Source: an uncultured Chloroflexia bacterium (GTDB taxonomy: Bacteria; Chloroflexota; UBA6077; JACCZL01). Taken from it: a DNA stretch of 64,000 nucleotides. The position numbers and the translations under genes are program-made. The notes beneath the pieces were generated by a model, which saw only the letters and a list, made by a program, of their open reading frames with translations, had not been told where the DNA came from and did not search any database. The stretch is from contig CAVXYC010000014.1 in NCBI GenBank assembly GCA_963765765.1, positions 128,001 to 192,000 on the forward strand. Direction: 5' to 3'. Positions 43,136-53,036 of this stretch are shown here, one piece after another. The first letter of the stretch is position 1; every line of letters starts with the position of its first letter.

Positions 43136-46100
43136 TTCCCCTGCGTAGACGGTTCCAGAGGAACGGTGACTGACACGCGCGACCCCTTGCCACGCCGGCT
43201 CTTGATCGTGAGCTGACCACCCATCCAGGAAACTCGCTCCTCCATGCCTCTCAGGCCGATCCGCTCTCGATCATCGATACGTTGACGAGCCTTCTTTGTG
43301 TCAAAGCCGCGGCCCCAATCCTGAATATCAAGCTGGATGCTGTTTACCTGGAGCGAAAGTCGCATCTCCACCCGCGTGGCGCCGGCGTGCTTACGCACGT
43401 TTGTGAGTGCCTCCCTGCCGATACTGAACAGCGTGGTCTCGACCTCTTGAGGGAAACGCCTTGATCCGAGATTCTCCTCGTAGGTCACCACATATCCATC
43501 GGCTTTGAGCGCTTCCATTTCCTGGCGCAACGCGGATGCGAGTCCAAGGTCGTCCAGGACTGTGGGTCGCAATCCGGCGATCACTCGTCGCGCCTCGCGT
43601 ACCGTCTGCTGGGCCGTCTGGCGAGCGGCATCGAGCTCATGGCGCCCCATCTCGGTCCGTGGTCGGTTACGCGCCGCGAATGCCTCGAGATGCTGATGCG
43701 TGGCCGCGGCCACCTGCGCTAGGCTGTCATGCACTTCATAGGCCACGCGGCGACGTTCTTCGTCCTGGGCTCGGAGGAGTTTGCCGACCAGCGTCTTCAT
43801 CTGTTGAGCGCGATCCGACAATTCCGCGTATAGCCGTGCGTTCTCAATGGCAATTGCTGCATGGTCGGCAAACAGGCACAGAAACTCAAGATCTTCCCTA
43901 CTGAAGGGCTCACCGTTGGTGGTCCGGCCAACGGTGATCACACCAATCAGACGCTCGTTGAAAACGATTGGGGCGGACATGACTGCTTGCATGTCGACTT
44001 GCTCCATTACGTATCCGAGTCGCCGGGGAAACCGCGGGTAATCGTTTTCGAAATCGCCCTTGCGAGATCGAGCCACCCGTCCACTCATCCCCTGGCCCAG
44101 TTTGATCATCCGCTGCGGGTCTGACTCTTTAAAGCCGAGGGCGATGCGTCTGCGCAGACCACGATTCGCCTCATCCCATTCGAAAATCACGCTGGTCTGG
44201 CAGTTGGCCAGCGCACGGGCCCGCTCGATCGTTAACTTCAGGACCGTCTCGATATCGAGCTCCCGAATGATGTCCGACGTCAAATCTCGAATCGCCTCGA
44301 GCTGCTGGCGTTCCCTCAGCTCTCGCTGGTAGAGCCGAGCGTTTTCAATGGCGATTGCCGCGTGATCGGCAAATAGACTGAGCAGCGCGAGCTCATCATT
44401 AGAGAACGGGTCTCCCTCGTCCACGCGAATGATGGTGATCACTCCGACGAGCCGGTCCTGATAAAGGATTGGCGCTGCCAGGGCGGCCTGGGCATAGAAC
44501 AACGCTCCGGCGCGAGGGAGGGCGTGCTCCCATTCCGGATAGTTGTTGACAATCACTCCCTCACGCCGGGCCGCCGCGATCCCCGATGCACCCTCACCGA
44601 GTTTGCGGCGACGCGTAAAGTCCCGGGCCAGCGGTACTGTCGTAGCGCTGGGCGCCAATGTCTGGGACACTTCATCCCACAGATAGACCCAACCAAAGGA
44701 TCCAGGGATGAGATCGATTGCTCGCTCAAACGTGAGCTGAAGCACACGCGCGAGATCGAGCTCGCGGGCGATCTCCGCGGCGATATCGCGAATGGCTTCC
44801 ACCTGACGTCGACGCTTCTGCTCCTGCTCGAAAAGACGCGCATTTTCTATAGCCACGGCCGCATGCTGGCCAAAGAGTCGGAGCGTCTCCTGATCCCGAT
44901 CCGTGAACGGCTGCCCGGGTTTGGTTCTGCCGATCCCGATCACGCCAATGAGGCGATCCTGGTAGAGAATTGGCTCTGCCATAAAGGCAACCGCGGGACC
45001 TGCCTTTTGGTATGACGGAAGTGGTTCCGGCCACTCGCGAGGGCCGTTTACCACGATACCGCGACGCACCTGGACGACCTTCCCAACAATGCCGACACCA
45101 GGCTTGAGTCGCATCCCGTCCAGTTCCGCAGCGGCAGCGGGCCAGGCGACCGGACGTATCTCTTGAACGTCCTCATCCCAGAGAAAGAGCGCACCACGGT
45201 CACCCTGGAAAAGTGCAGCCGCGCGCTGCCAGATGATGTTCAACACATTGGGTAGGTCAAGCTCTCGAGTGATCTCAGTTGAAATCTCTCTGAGCGCCTC
45301 GAGCTGGCGCAACCGCTCCTGTTCCCGCTCGAAGAGGCGTGCATGCTCAATGGCTACGGCCGCATGGTCGGCGAAGAGCTGCACCAGATCCTGCTGTCCG
45401 TTCGTAAATCCAGCCTGCCCGACCTCTCTGCTAAGGGTGATGACTCCGACAAGCTGCGACTGATACATCACCGGAGTAGAAAGCGCTGAGCCAAGTACGA
45501 GACGATCGATGAGTCTCGGCAGTGCATCTTCCCAGTGCTGGTAATCGTTCACGACGACGGTTCGACGCTCGAGGGCAGCAATTCCCGTGATTCCTTCGCC
45601 CAATTGGAGTGGTTGCGGGAGAGGCAAGCGGCCACCACGATGGGTGCTTCGTGGAATGAGACGCTGTGATGGCTCGTCCCAGATGTAAAGAATGCCGGTC
45701 GAGTCGTCTGCGATTTGAGCCACGCGACGGATGATGAGATCGAGCAGTCGCGAGAGGTCCAGCTCATTCGTAAGCTCAGCGGCCACTTCACGGACCGCAT
45801 CAAGCTGGCGGCGGCGACGCTGCTCCCGCTCGAGCAAGCGGGCGGAATCCATGGCCTGAGCCATCCGACGACCCAGCTCCTGGCCGAGAGCCGCGTCGTC
45901 CGCGTCATAACAGCGGCTGGGGTCATCAGTGAGAAATGTCAGCGTCCCGAGCATCTCCCCGCGTAGCTTGATGGGGACGGAGCAGCCACTCATTGCGGGC
46001 AGCAGATTGTCGCCGCTGGACTCATTGTTCGTTCCGTAGTAGATAGCGACGGTGCCAGAGTCCAGTGCCTTGCGGGGCAAATCCAACACCTCTCGTGAGT

Positions 46101-46735
46101 GACCACGGAAGGGCACTCAGTGCTTGTGTCATAGCCGCGTCTTGGTGCACCGCCACGATCTGAATCAGCTCACCATCGACGTCGACCACGTGAACGAGAC
46201 ACGAGGATCCCAATGTGGGCAAGGCGAGTCGGGCGAGCTCATCCAACGCCGCAACGTAATCACTGGTCGAGGTAAGCACCGTGCTAGCCGCGGTGAGAAG
46301 CGCAAGCCGCTCACTCGCTCGATGACCGTTGGGAACATCAAGAGCCGATTGCCTCGAGCCGATTACCGCGGAAACCGGCTCGAGCCGTAGCAGCACTTCG
46401 TCGAGATTAGCGAGTGGAGTACTGGTGATTCGGATGGGCAACTGCTCTCCATCCGATTTGCGCACCACCCAGGCTCCGGACCACTCCAGCGAACCTTCCC
46501 CATGAATCAGTCCAAGAACGTCAGCCGACTCAGAGGCCGATGTGAGTAAATCGCCGACGCGGCGGTCCACAAGATCCATCGTGCGAAAGCCGAGGAGCGC
46601 GCCGGCGGAACGATTGGCAAACGCACACGTTGCATCACACGCTCGCACGAGAAGAAGTGCGTCAGGCAGCGACTCGAGCGTAGCTCGAAAAAGCGACTCA
46701 GCCGCCTCACGCTCGAATGCGGTTGTCGTCGTCAC
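43132..46735 (-). CDS. Cytoplasmic sensor histidine kinase PAS + 5 GAF + HisKA_3/HATPase, frameshift near 46110
   Basis: PAS LESLPDA..FANRSA; repeated FADHAAIAIENARL; ERRRVAYEVHD, REALTNVRKHA, DWGRGFD, GLRGMEER. Confidence 0.9.
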
Positions 46736-46821
46736 GATACCTGCTCAAACATCCAGATGCTCCACCCGGGGCAACCCGGAGACGTAGGGCATCGTAGCAC
46801 CGAGCGCGAGAATGTCAAGCG

Positions 46822-46908
46822 AGAGACGAGAGGTCAGAGGCTAGAGGTCAGGGATGTATAGAGTCATCTCAGTTTCTCCCTGACCTTAGCCTTTGACCTC
46901 TCGTCTCT
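46822..46908. repeat. Heptamer-built palindrome (AGAGGTC/AGAGGCT units)
   Basis: AGAGACGAGAGGTCAGAGGCTAGAGGTCAGGGA ... TCCCTGACCTTAGCCTTTGACCTCTCGTCTCT. Confidence 0.75.
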
Positions 46909-47732
46909 ATCGCCTCTTCCGTCGCCCGAGCAATCGCCGTGGCCAATGCTGGCTGCGGTGTGGGCGGCTCGAGGTTCACCGGCGCCGTACATAGTAAATG
47001 GCTCGTTGATCTCCGAGCACCAGACCCAGGTATCCTGCCAGCCTGGCTCCAAACGCCCGGGGCAGTCCTCACGGGCCGATGGCAGATTGAGTCGTAGGTG
47101 TGCAGCTCGTACCAGACCGTCAGTCGCTCCGACCCACAGCTCAATAACGCCATCGATGATCTGCATCTGAGTCGGTGTGGAGCTCGAATTAGTGACGGCG
47201 GGCGCGGGGGTGATCACGAGACTGCCGGTACCGGGGTCATTCCGCAGCTGGGGCTGTATTCCGCCGAGCGAGGGATAGATGCCAGTGATGTTGATGTTGA
47301 CGGACTGAGGCGTTGTTCCGACCGACGGGGACAATTGTCCGCTGGCGGAGGTCGGGGCGGGCTGACTCGGACCAAGTTGGTACGTGGCCGTCAGCGGATT
47401 GGGCGTTGGGATCTGCGAGACGACGAATACGTCCACGCGGCGAACGCGTTCGCCATCGATCTCTTCGGCATACTCGTTGGCCGAACGTCCAGTACCATCT
47501 TGTCGAGTGTCGGGAGGTTCATCACATCAAGCGGCGAGAGAAGGTCCCGAAGGTGAAGGGCGTTGCGGTGGCTGTAACAGTTGATGTGACTTGTACGGGA
47601 ATAGGCGTCGCCGTCTTTGTAGTTGGCACAGGCGTCGACGTGACCGTGGGGGGAGCGAAAGTAGGTGTGAGTGTCGGGGTTGCCGGTGTAAGCGTCAAAC
47701 CCCACGGCTGTGGGAGTGGACGTTTGTGCCAT
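46864..47732 (-). pseudogene. Pro/Thr-rich extracytoplasmic protein, multiply frameshifted, N-terminus not found
   Basis: TPATPTLTPT..TATATP tract; EEIDGERVRRV and IELWVGATDGLVRAA segments in different frames. Confidence 0.5.
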
Positions 47733-47779
47733 CGTGGGGAAATGCCGATTGGCAGCATCCGGTGCCAGCGGGCCGAAGC

Positions 47780-47902
47780 TCAGGTCAGCAGTCGCTTGGC
47801 CACCCAGAGTATTCCAATGATCACAACAACGGCCACGATCATCTCGATCGGACCACCGGCCCCAGGCATCCCCACGCCGCCGCTGCTACCTGCTGAAACC
47901 AT
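47780..47902 (-). CDS. 40-aa single-TM protein MVSAGSSGGVGMPGAGGPIEMIVAVVVIIGILWVAKRLLT
   Basis: Gly-rich N-terminus, hydrophobic helix, KR tail; weak RBS. Confidence 0.5.
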   Translation of the reverse strand: MVSAGSSGGVGMPGAGGPIEMIVAVVVIIGILWVAKRLLT

Positions 47903-47927
47903 GAGTCTCTTCTAATGTCTACAGAAT

Positions 47928-47954
47928 AAAAAAGAGGGGCCATCCGGCCCCTCT
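47928..47954 (-). terminator. Intrinsic terminator of the candidate RNA
   Basis: GAGGGGCC-GGAU-GGCCCCUC followed by UUUUUU. Confidence 0.88.
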
Positions 47955-48104
47955 CGATCAGTAAGCAATTCCGGTGCCTGCGTCGGTATTCGATCGCCTG
48001 GCGATCAATGTTCGCTGCCTGCTACTTACGCGGGCAAAGCGTCTTTCGTCCGACCTTGCAACCGGGGTGATAGCACCTGGGCCCCACCCTCGCAGAGCGG
48101 GGCC

Positions 48105-48164
48105 TTACCTGTCGACTTGAAATCTCCTCAGCAGTACGATCAGACTTCTGCGTTGCATTCGCAT
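48105..48164 (-). CDS. Short ORF (MR)MQRRSLIVLLRRFQVDR within the candidate RNA
   Basis: GGGAGG 3 nt before first ATG and 9 nt before second ATG (48158). Confidence 0.35.
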   Translation of the reverse strand: MRMQRRSLIVLLRRFQVDR

Positions 48165-48208
48165 ATTCCTCCCATCTGCTGGTGTACAGGGATAACCCTG
48201 TTACTTTC

Positions 48209-48237
48209 ACTATACTCGCCATCCGGGGTGCACGCAA
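48209..48237 (-). promoter_or_regulatory. sigma70 promoter
   Basis: TTGCGT-N17-TATAGT. Confidence 0.75.
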
Positions 48238-48326
48238 CACCCATGGGAGTGTCATTCACATCCAATCTCCTGAAGAGATTTGACAAGACCCTATCGCCTG
48301 TCTCGGAGCTCCGAGGCTGGCTAGTA

Positions 48327-49020
48327 GTGAACACTCCCCGGCGTTTCGGCACGGCGACTTCCGCTTGTTTGGACTGGACTGGCGTGCTCGGCAATTGGCG
48401 CGCAGTTTTCAACCGTGGCCATGACCTGGCAGGTCTACCAGCTCACTGGATCGCCGCTCCAAATTGGTCTCCGCGGACTCAGCTGAGCTATCCGGTAAAT
48501 GATGCTCTCGCTCCTAGGAGGTCGCTTCGCCGACGCGATCGGCCGGCGAAAGCTCCTGGCGATCAGTCATGGAGAGTCAATCACCCCCTGGCGCTTTACA
48601 TAGCCACCGCACTATCAGCCGTCTTTACCGCCCTGGAAACACCCATACGTAACGCACTCGTGCCGAATCTCGTTCCAGACGACGACCTGGCGAGCGCCAT
48701 GGCGCTCAACGTCTCGCAGCGCAACCTGGGTATCATTTGCCACGCCGGATGGGCTACGTGGCCGGGTGATCGGCATCAACAGCGTCTTCACCACCGGCGG
48801 GCCGCCCCGCGGCCAGTTTGAATCTGGTCTGGTGGCATCAATCTGGTCCACCGAGGTTTCCGCGCTAAGTGGCGGCGTGGGCACCGTGCTGCTTGCGCTC
48901 GGCATTGCGTCGTTACCTTTTGTTCGCAACTTCGAGCTCACTCACGGTAGCAGCCCGGCCCCACACCGGGTCCCGCGGCGTGATGCAGTACAACTCCAGC
49001 TACACGGCCGCGCCCCCTGA
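48327..49020 (+). pseudogene. Degraded MFS transporter (DHA3/EntS-like) with internal deletions
   Basis: Fragments in order: FRHGDFRL, AIGAQFSTVAMTWQVYQLTGSPLQIGL, GGRFADAIGRRKLL, PIRNALVPNLVP..SAMALN, GQFESGLVA; about 0.7 kb versus about 1.2 kb for a full 12-TM MFS. Confidence 0.8.
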
Positions 49021-49038
49021 GCCGACCTGATGATTTCT

Positions 49039-50001
49039 CTAATGAGCTGCCGTCGTTGGATCAGTCAACAACGCCAGAAACGCTTGGTCTGAGATGACCC
49101 TGCGCCGCTGAATGCGCGCCCGTCCCTGCAAGGCGCCGGGGATGAGTAGTACGCCATAGGCCAGGCCTCGCAGCGTAGCGCGAGCAGCCGCCCCTCGCCA
49201 GGCCTCCAGGGCCTCACCTGCTCGGTGCATCTGGGCGCGCAGAATGATGCCCAGAGATTGGCGAAGAACGAATGTGGGAAAGCCGCGGGCCATCAGCCGA
49301 ATGGAGTTCTTGGCCACATGGAAGCTCGCCAGCGGTCCGCCGCCGGTTTCGCTGCCAAGGTGGTTCACCCGAGCGCCTGGCACGTATTGGCAGCTCCAGC
49401 CTCTGAGCTGCGCCCGCAATCCCAGATCAACGTCTTCGAGGTATGAGCCATAGCCCTCATCAAGAAGACCCACGTCCTGGAGCATCGATCTTCGATATGC
49501 GGCGGCGCCGCCACATGCTGAAAAAACTGGGCCGGGCAGATCGTGCTGGCCACGATCCCACTCGCCCGCACCACGCTGCCTGGCGAGTCCGTTTCGTCCC
49601 AGGAGATCGCCTGCCGAATCCAGAACGGTCCCGTCGCGATTGAGCATTTTGGAGGCGCAAGAGCCTGCCCGCGAATCCGTTCCGAATCCCTCAATCAGAT
49701 GCAGCAGCCAGTCCGGGTGGGCCACCGCGTCGTTGTTCAACAGGCACAGGATCTCTCCTCGCGCCGCCCGAAGACCGGCGTTCGCATTGCCCGTGAAGCC
49801 TAGATTTCGTGGAAGGGCCAAAAGTCGCATGTCGGAATAGCTCGACGCCATCAGCTCTCGCGTGCCGTCAAGCGAGCCACCATCCACCACGAGAATCTCG
49901 CTTGAACGGTAGCTCTGCGCACGCAACGAATCCAGGCAGCTCTCGAGAAGGTGCCGCCCATTCCAGGTGGGGATGACAACGGAGACCAGTGGATCGTGCA
50001 C
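49039..50001 (-). CDS. GT2 family glycosyltransferase
   Basis: VSVVIPTWNG, VVDGGSLDG, NLGFTGNANAG, LLNNDA, YLEDVDLGLRA. Confidence 0.9.
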   Translation of the reverse strand: MHDPLVSVVIPTWNGRHLLESCLDSLRAQSYRSSEILVVDGGSLDGTRELMASSYSDMRLLALPRNLGFTGNANAGLRAARGEILCLLNNDAVAHPDWLLHLIEGFGTDSRAGSCASKMLNRDGTVLDSAGDLLGRNGLARQRGAGEWDRGQHDLPGPVFSACGGAAAYRRSMLQDVGLLDEGYGSYLEDVDLGLRAQLRGWSCQYVPGARVNHLGSETGGGPLASFHVAKNSIRLMARGFPTFVLRQSLGIILRAQMHRAGEALEAWRGAAARATLRGLAYGVLLIPGALQGRARIQRRRVISDQAFLALLTDPTTAAH

Positions 50002-50062
50002 GCGGGGTATCGAAATTAGCCTGATATGCCCATGCGCGGAGAGGAGATCAAGGGCGCCACTA

Positions 50063-50987
50063 TCATGCCAGAGAGGCAATGTAAGCTGAGGCCGACGATC
50101 CACCAGAGTCGTGACCCTGTCGCCGGCTCGGCCGCGCATCGCTTCAGCGGTTAAGCCATACTCGGCTTGAATTCGCCTTACCCGTCGATCAAGCTGGCTG
50201 TTGTAGTTCTCAGGCGCGTGGATTTGCACGTAGGCGCGTTCATATCGATCGCGAAGCTCCGGGAAGTCCCGCGCGATGAACCGAAAGTAATGTTCGCGAA
50301 CCGTCGCGCCCAGCCGCAATGTCGTGTAAGTAAAGAAGGCGGCACCGTGGTTTCGGGCTTCTCTGGCAACCGCTCCAATGGAGTCCGACGAATCCGTGAT
50401 GCCGGGGAGGATAGGCGCCAGGATGACGCCCGCCGGCACGCCGGCCAAGTTGAGCTGCTCCATAACATGGAGGCGCTTGAGCGGATTGGCGGTGCCGGGC
50501 TCAAGCACGCGCCAGAGGTCCTGATCAACGGTTGTAATGGTGAAGAAGATTCGGACCGTGGCGCTGGCCGCGATCTCACTGAGCAGGTCGATGTCGCGAA
50601 ACACCAGCGGTGACTTCGTCACAAGGCTCATCGGGTTGGCGAAAGTCGCGTAGTGTCTCCAGCTACACCACGCGTGAGGCCGAAGCGGCCCTCAGCGGGC
50701 TGGTATGGGTCAGTCGCGGTACCGAGTGCAATCAGGTCTGCTTTCCAGCTCGGCCGGCGCAACTCCTGGCGAAGCACTTCCGGGAAATTGCTCTTCACCA
50801 GGATGCGCGACTCGAAATCCGTGCCGCCATTCCCGTGCTCAGCAAGCTCGTAGTAGGCACGGGCGTAGCAATACTGACATGCATGCACACAGCCAACGTA
50901 CGGATTCAGCGACCATCGGAACGGCATGCCCTGCACTCTATTGAGCGCCGACTTGCATCGAATGGGAACATATTCCGCGCGCGCCAT
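50063..50987 (-). CDS. SplB-like (Rv2578c-family) radical SAM protein, frameshift near 50655
   Basis: LNPYVGCVHACQYCYAR (CxxxCxxC), LGTATDPYQPAE, VTKSPLVFRD, LEPGT, APILPGITD, terminal QLTLPL. Confidence 0.88.
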
Positions 50988-50993
50988 TACGCC

Positions 50994-51022
50994 AGTATAG
51001 AACGAATGTTCGATCCATTCAA
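50994..51022 (-). promoter_or_regulatory. sigma70 promoter with LexA (SOS) box in spacer, leaderless mRNA
   Basis: TTGAAT-N17-TATACT, ATG 6 nt after -10; GAAC-GAAT-GTTC at 51000-51011. Confidence 0.8.
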
Positions 51023-51152
51023 TGCACGGCGCGTACTAGATCTCATCGCTTTCCGCGGGCGCGCCGGCCTGGATACCGCTGAAATGCCGACGAGGCGGTC
51101 GCTGAATGGAAGCCCACTTGATTGCGCGCGGCTTTGCTAGACTTCGGCCACG

Positions 51153-51935
51153 ATGGCTCTCCCTACTTCAATAAACTTGTTGCCCGTTCCCAACATGCCG
51201 CTCATTACGCAGGGCGACGACCTGGCGCGCATTATGGTTGACTGCCTGGGCGAATCCGCCCAGCAGTTCGAGTCCGACGATGTGCTGGTCATCGCCCAGA
51301 AAGTCGTCTCGAAATCCGAGGGGCGATTGGTGGAGGTGGCCAGTGTGGAGCCGTCCGCCGCCGCCCTTGAGCTCAGCACCCGCTGTGACATGGATCCGCG
51401 CTTGATCGAGATCATCTTGCGAGAGAGCAAATCCGTGGTACGCGTTCGCAAGACACCGGGCATTCTCGTAGTGGAGCATCGCGGCGGTTTTATCTGTGCG
51501 AACGCCGGAGTAGATCGCTCCAATGTGGAACAGCCGGCGGAAGCGCATGAGGTGGTGGCGCTACTACCGGAAGATTCCGATGCTTCCGCCCGTCGGATTC
51601 GCGAGAGTATTGGCCGACTCACGGGCGCCGACATTGCCGTGATCGTGAACGACTCTCATGGGCGAGCATTCCGAAACGGCGTGATCGGCACGGCCATCGG
51701 AGTCGCCGGGCTGGAACCGGTCATAGAGGAGTTCGGCTGGCCCGACCTGTTCGGCTACGAGCTACAGCGTACAGCCGTGGGTCAAGCAGACGAGCTCGCC
51801 GCGGCAGCGTCCCTGATGATGGGTCAGAGCAATGAAGGCATCCCCGCGGTGATCATCCGAGGCGCACCCATCCATCGCGCCGAGGGCGGCATGGAAACCC
51901 TGATCCGAAGCCCCGAAACGGATATGTTTCGATAA
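51153..51935 (+). CDS. cofE: Coenzyme F420-0:L-glutamate ligase
   Basis: GDDLA, AQKVVSKSEG, CANAGVDRSN, DSHGRAFRNG, ADELAAAASLMMGQ. Confidence 0.93.
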   Translation: MALPTSINLLPVPNMPLITQGDDLARIMVDCLGESAQQFESDDVLVIAQKVVSKSEGRLVEVASVEPSAAALELSTRCDMDPRLIEIILRESKSVVRVRKTPGILVVEHRGGFICANAGVDRSNVEQPAEAHEVVALLPEDSDASARRIRESIGRLTGADIAVIVNDSHGRAFRNGVIGTAIGVAGLEPVIEEFGWPDLFGYELQRTAVGQADELAAAASLMMGQSNEGIPAVIIRGAPIHRAEGGMETLIRSPETDMFR

Positions 51936-51962
51936 AGCTTTGGATTTAGAGGCGCTCCCGCG

Positions 51963-51998
51963 GCCCTCACCCTAACCGTCTGCCAGAGGGCAGGGACT
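51963..51998. repeat. CCCTCACCCTAACC-family short palindromic repeat
   Basis: GCCCTCACCCTAACCGTCTGCCAGAGGGCAGGGACT between convergent genes. Confidence 0.5.
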
Positions 51999-52074
51999 GA
52001 TCTAGACCGAGATCGCTGCTCCTGCTCCCTGCCGACCCCGAGCGACCCAGACGCATGAATCTGGGTAGCTTGAG

Positions 52075-52815
52075 CTAATCGGCGATCGACGCGGATAGTC
52101 GGTTCGCCGCTGCATTATCCAGCAGCCAGATGAGCTCACCGCTGGCTGGCGCCACGTGCGCCGCAGGAAATACCGGAGCTTTCTCCTCAATAACCGCGCG
52201 CACGGTTTCGGCCTTGTCAGCCCCGGCAACCAGGAACACCACCGTTCTAGCCGCGTTGATCACAGGGAGCGTCAACGAGAGCCGCTGGCTCGGACCCGCG
52301 GGGTTCATTGTGGGCGCCACCCAACGGTCCTCGATCTTCACGGCCCTCGTACCGGGAAAGAGCGATGCGGTATGCCCATCTGGGCCCATGCCCATCAACG
52401 CCAGATCCAAAGAGAAGGAGGCCCCTCGCCCGAAGAACGCGCTAAGCTCCCGCTGATATTCACGAGCGGCGCGCTCTGGATCATTGGGGATGAACGGCAT
52501 TGGGTGGAAGTTCTCTTCCAAAAGTGGGCTATTGGCCAGAAGCGTCTCGCGAATCATGCGCTGGTTACTCTCATCGTCGTCCGGAGGAACGAATCGCTCG
52601 TCCACAAGGAACACATGCAGGCGTGGCCAATCGATTCGCTCGCGCCAGGGATGGCGACCCAATTCGGCGTAGAGCTTTCGCGGCGTGGACCCACCTGAGA
52701 GCGCGATGGAGGCTCGCGGGCGATCAGGCCGTGCACGCTCCAGGACCTGAACGATCAGCTCGGCCGCGGCGGCGCTCAGCTTTTCCAAATCGTCATGAAC
52801 GCGAACGTCTGGCAT
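52075..52815 (-). CDS. pgl: 6-phosphogluconolactonase
   Basis: IALSGGSTP, VDERFVPP, LMGMGPDGHTASLFP, RLSLTLPVIN. Confidence 0.95.
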   Translation of the reverse strand: MPDVRVHDDLEKLSAAAAELIVQVLERARPDRPRASIALSGGSTPRKLYAELGRHPWRERIDWPRLHVFLVDERFVPPDDDESNQRMIRETLLANSPLLEENFHPMPFIPNDPERAAREYQRELSAFFGRGASFSLDLALMGMGPDGHTASLFPGTRAVKIEDRWVAPTMNPAGPSQRLSLTLPVINAARTVVFLVAGADKAETVRAVIEEKAPVFPAAHVAPASGELIWLLDNAAANRLSASIAD

Positions 52816-52854
52816 TACTTCGCTCCCTCATTTCAAGTGTATCCGGCCGGATCG

Positions 52855-52976
52855 GGACCGCTGACATCCTGTCGCCCGACCCGCCACGGGCCGCCGGCGG
52901 ACACCTAGACTCCCGGTGTCAGGTATGTTGCGAGGCGGCCCCCTTAAGGGCCGAGCCGACAGGATGTCGGCGATCC
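52855..52976. repeat. GACATCCTGTC-type REP pair
   Basis: GGACCGCTGACATCCTGTCG ... CGACAGGATGTCGGCGATCC. Confidence 0.75.
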
Positions 52977-53036
52977 TCTCGCCGCGGACATACTGCTCGC
53001 GGACGCGCGGCCACTCCCCGCCGTATCCTTCTCGAC

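Larger units (their letters stand above)
47928..48202 (-). ncRNA. Candidate structured RNA (~275 nt), family unassigned
   Basis: Bounded by consensus promoter and terminator; several helices plus pseudoknot; no long ORF. Confidence 0.6.

Noticed and set aside
47522-47902. TGA at 47780-47782 read through as Sec into the Pro/Thr tract
   Set aside because: Residues after the TGA look non-coding, no redox motif, and the region has several frameshifts
48105-48195. Hammerhead ribozyme (CUGAGGA-stem-GACA)
   Set aside because: GACA instead of GAAA, and no NUH triplet correctly placed between stems I and III
49039-50631. Radical SAM-GT2 fusion ORF
   Set aside because: Radical SAM ends at QLTLPL with tandem TGA TAG one base out of frame; GT2 has its own GTG; indel artefact likely
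52500-53036. N-terminal extension of the nitroreductase ORF
   Set aside because: Overlaps pgl antisense and a REP pair; homology begins at ATG 53037
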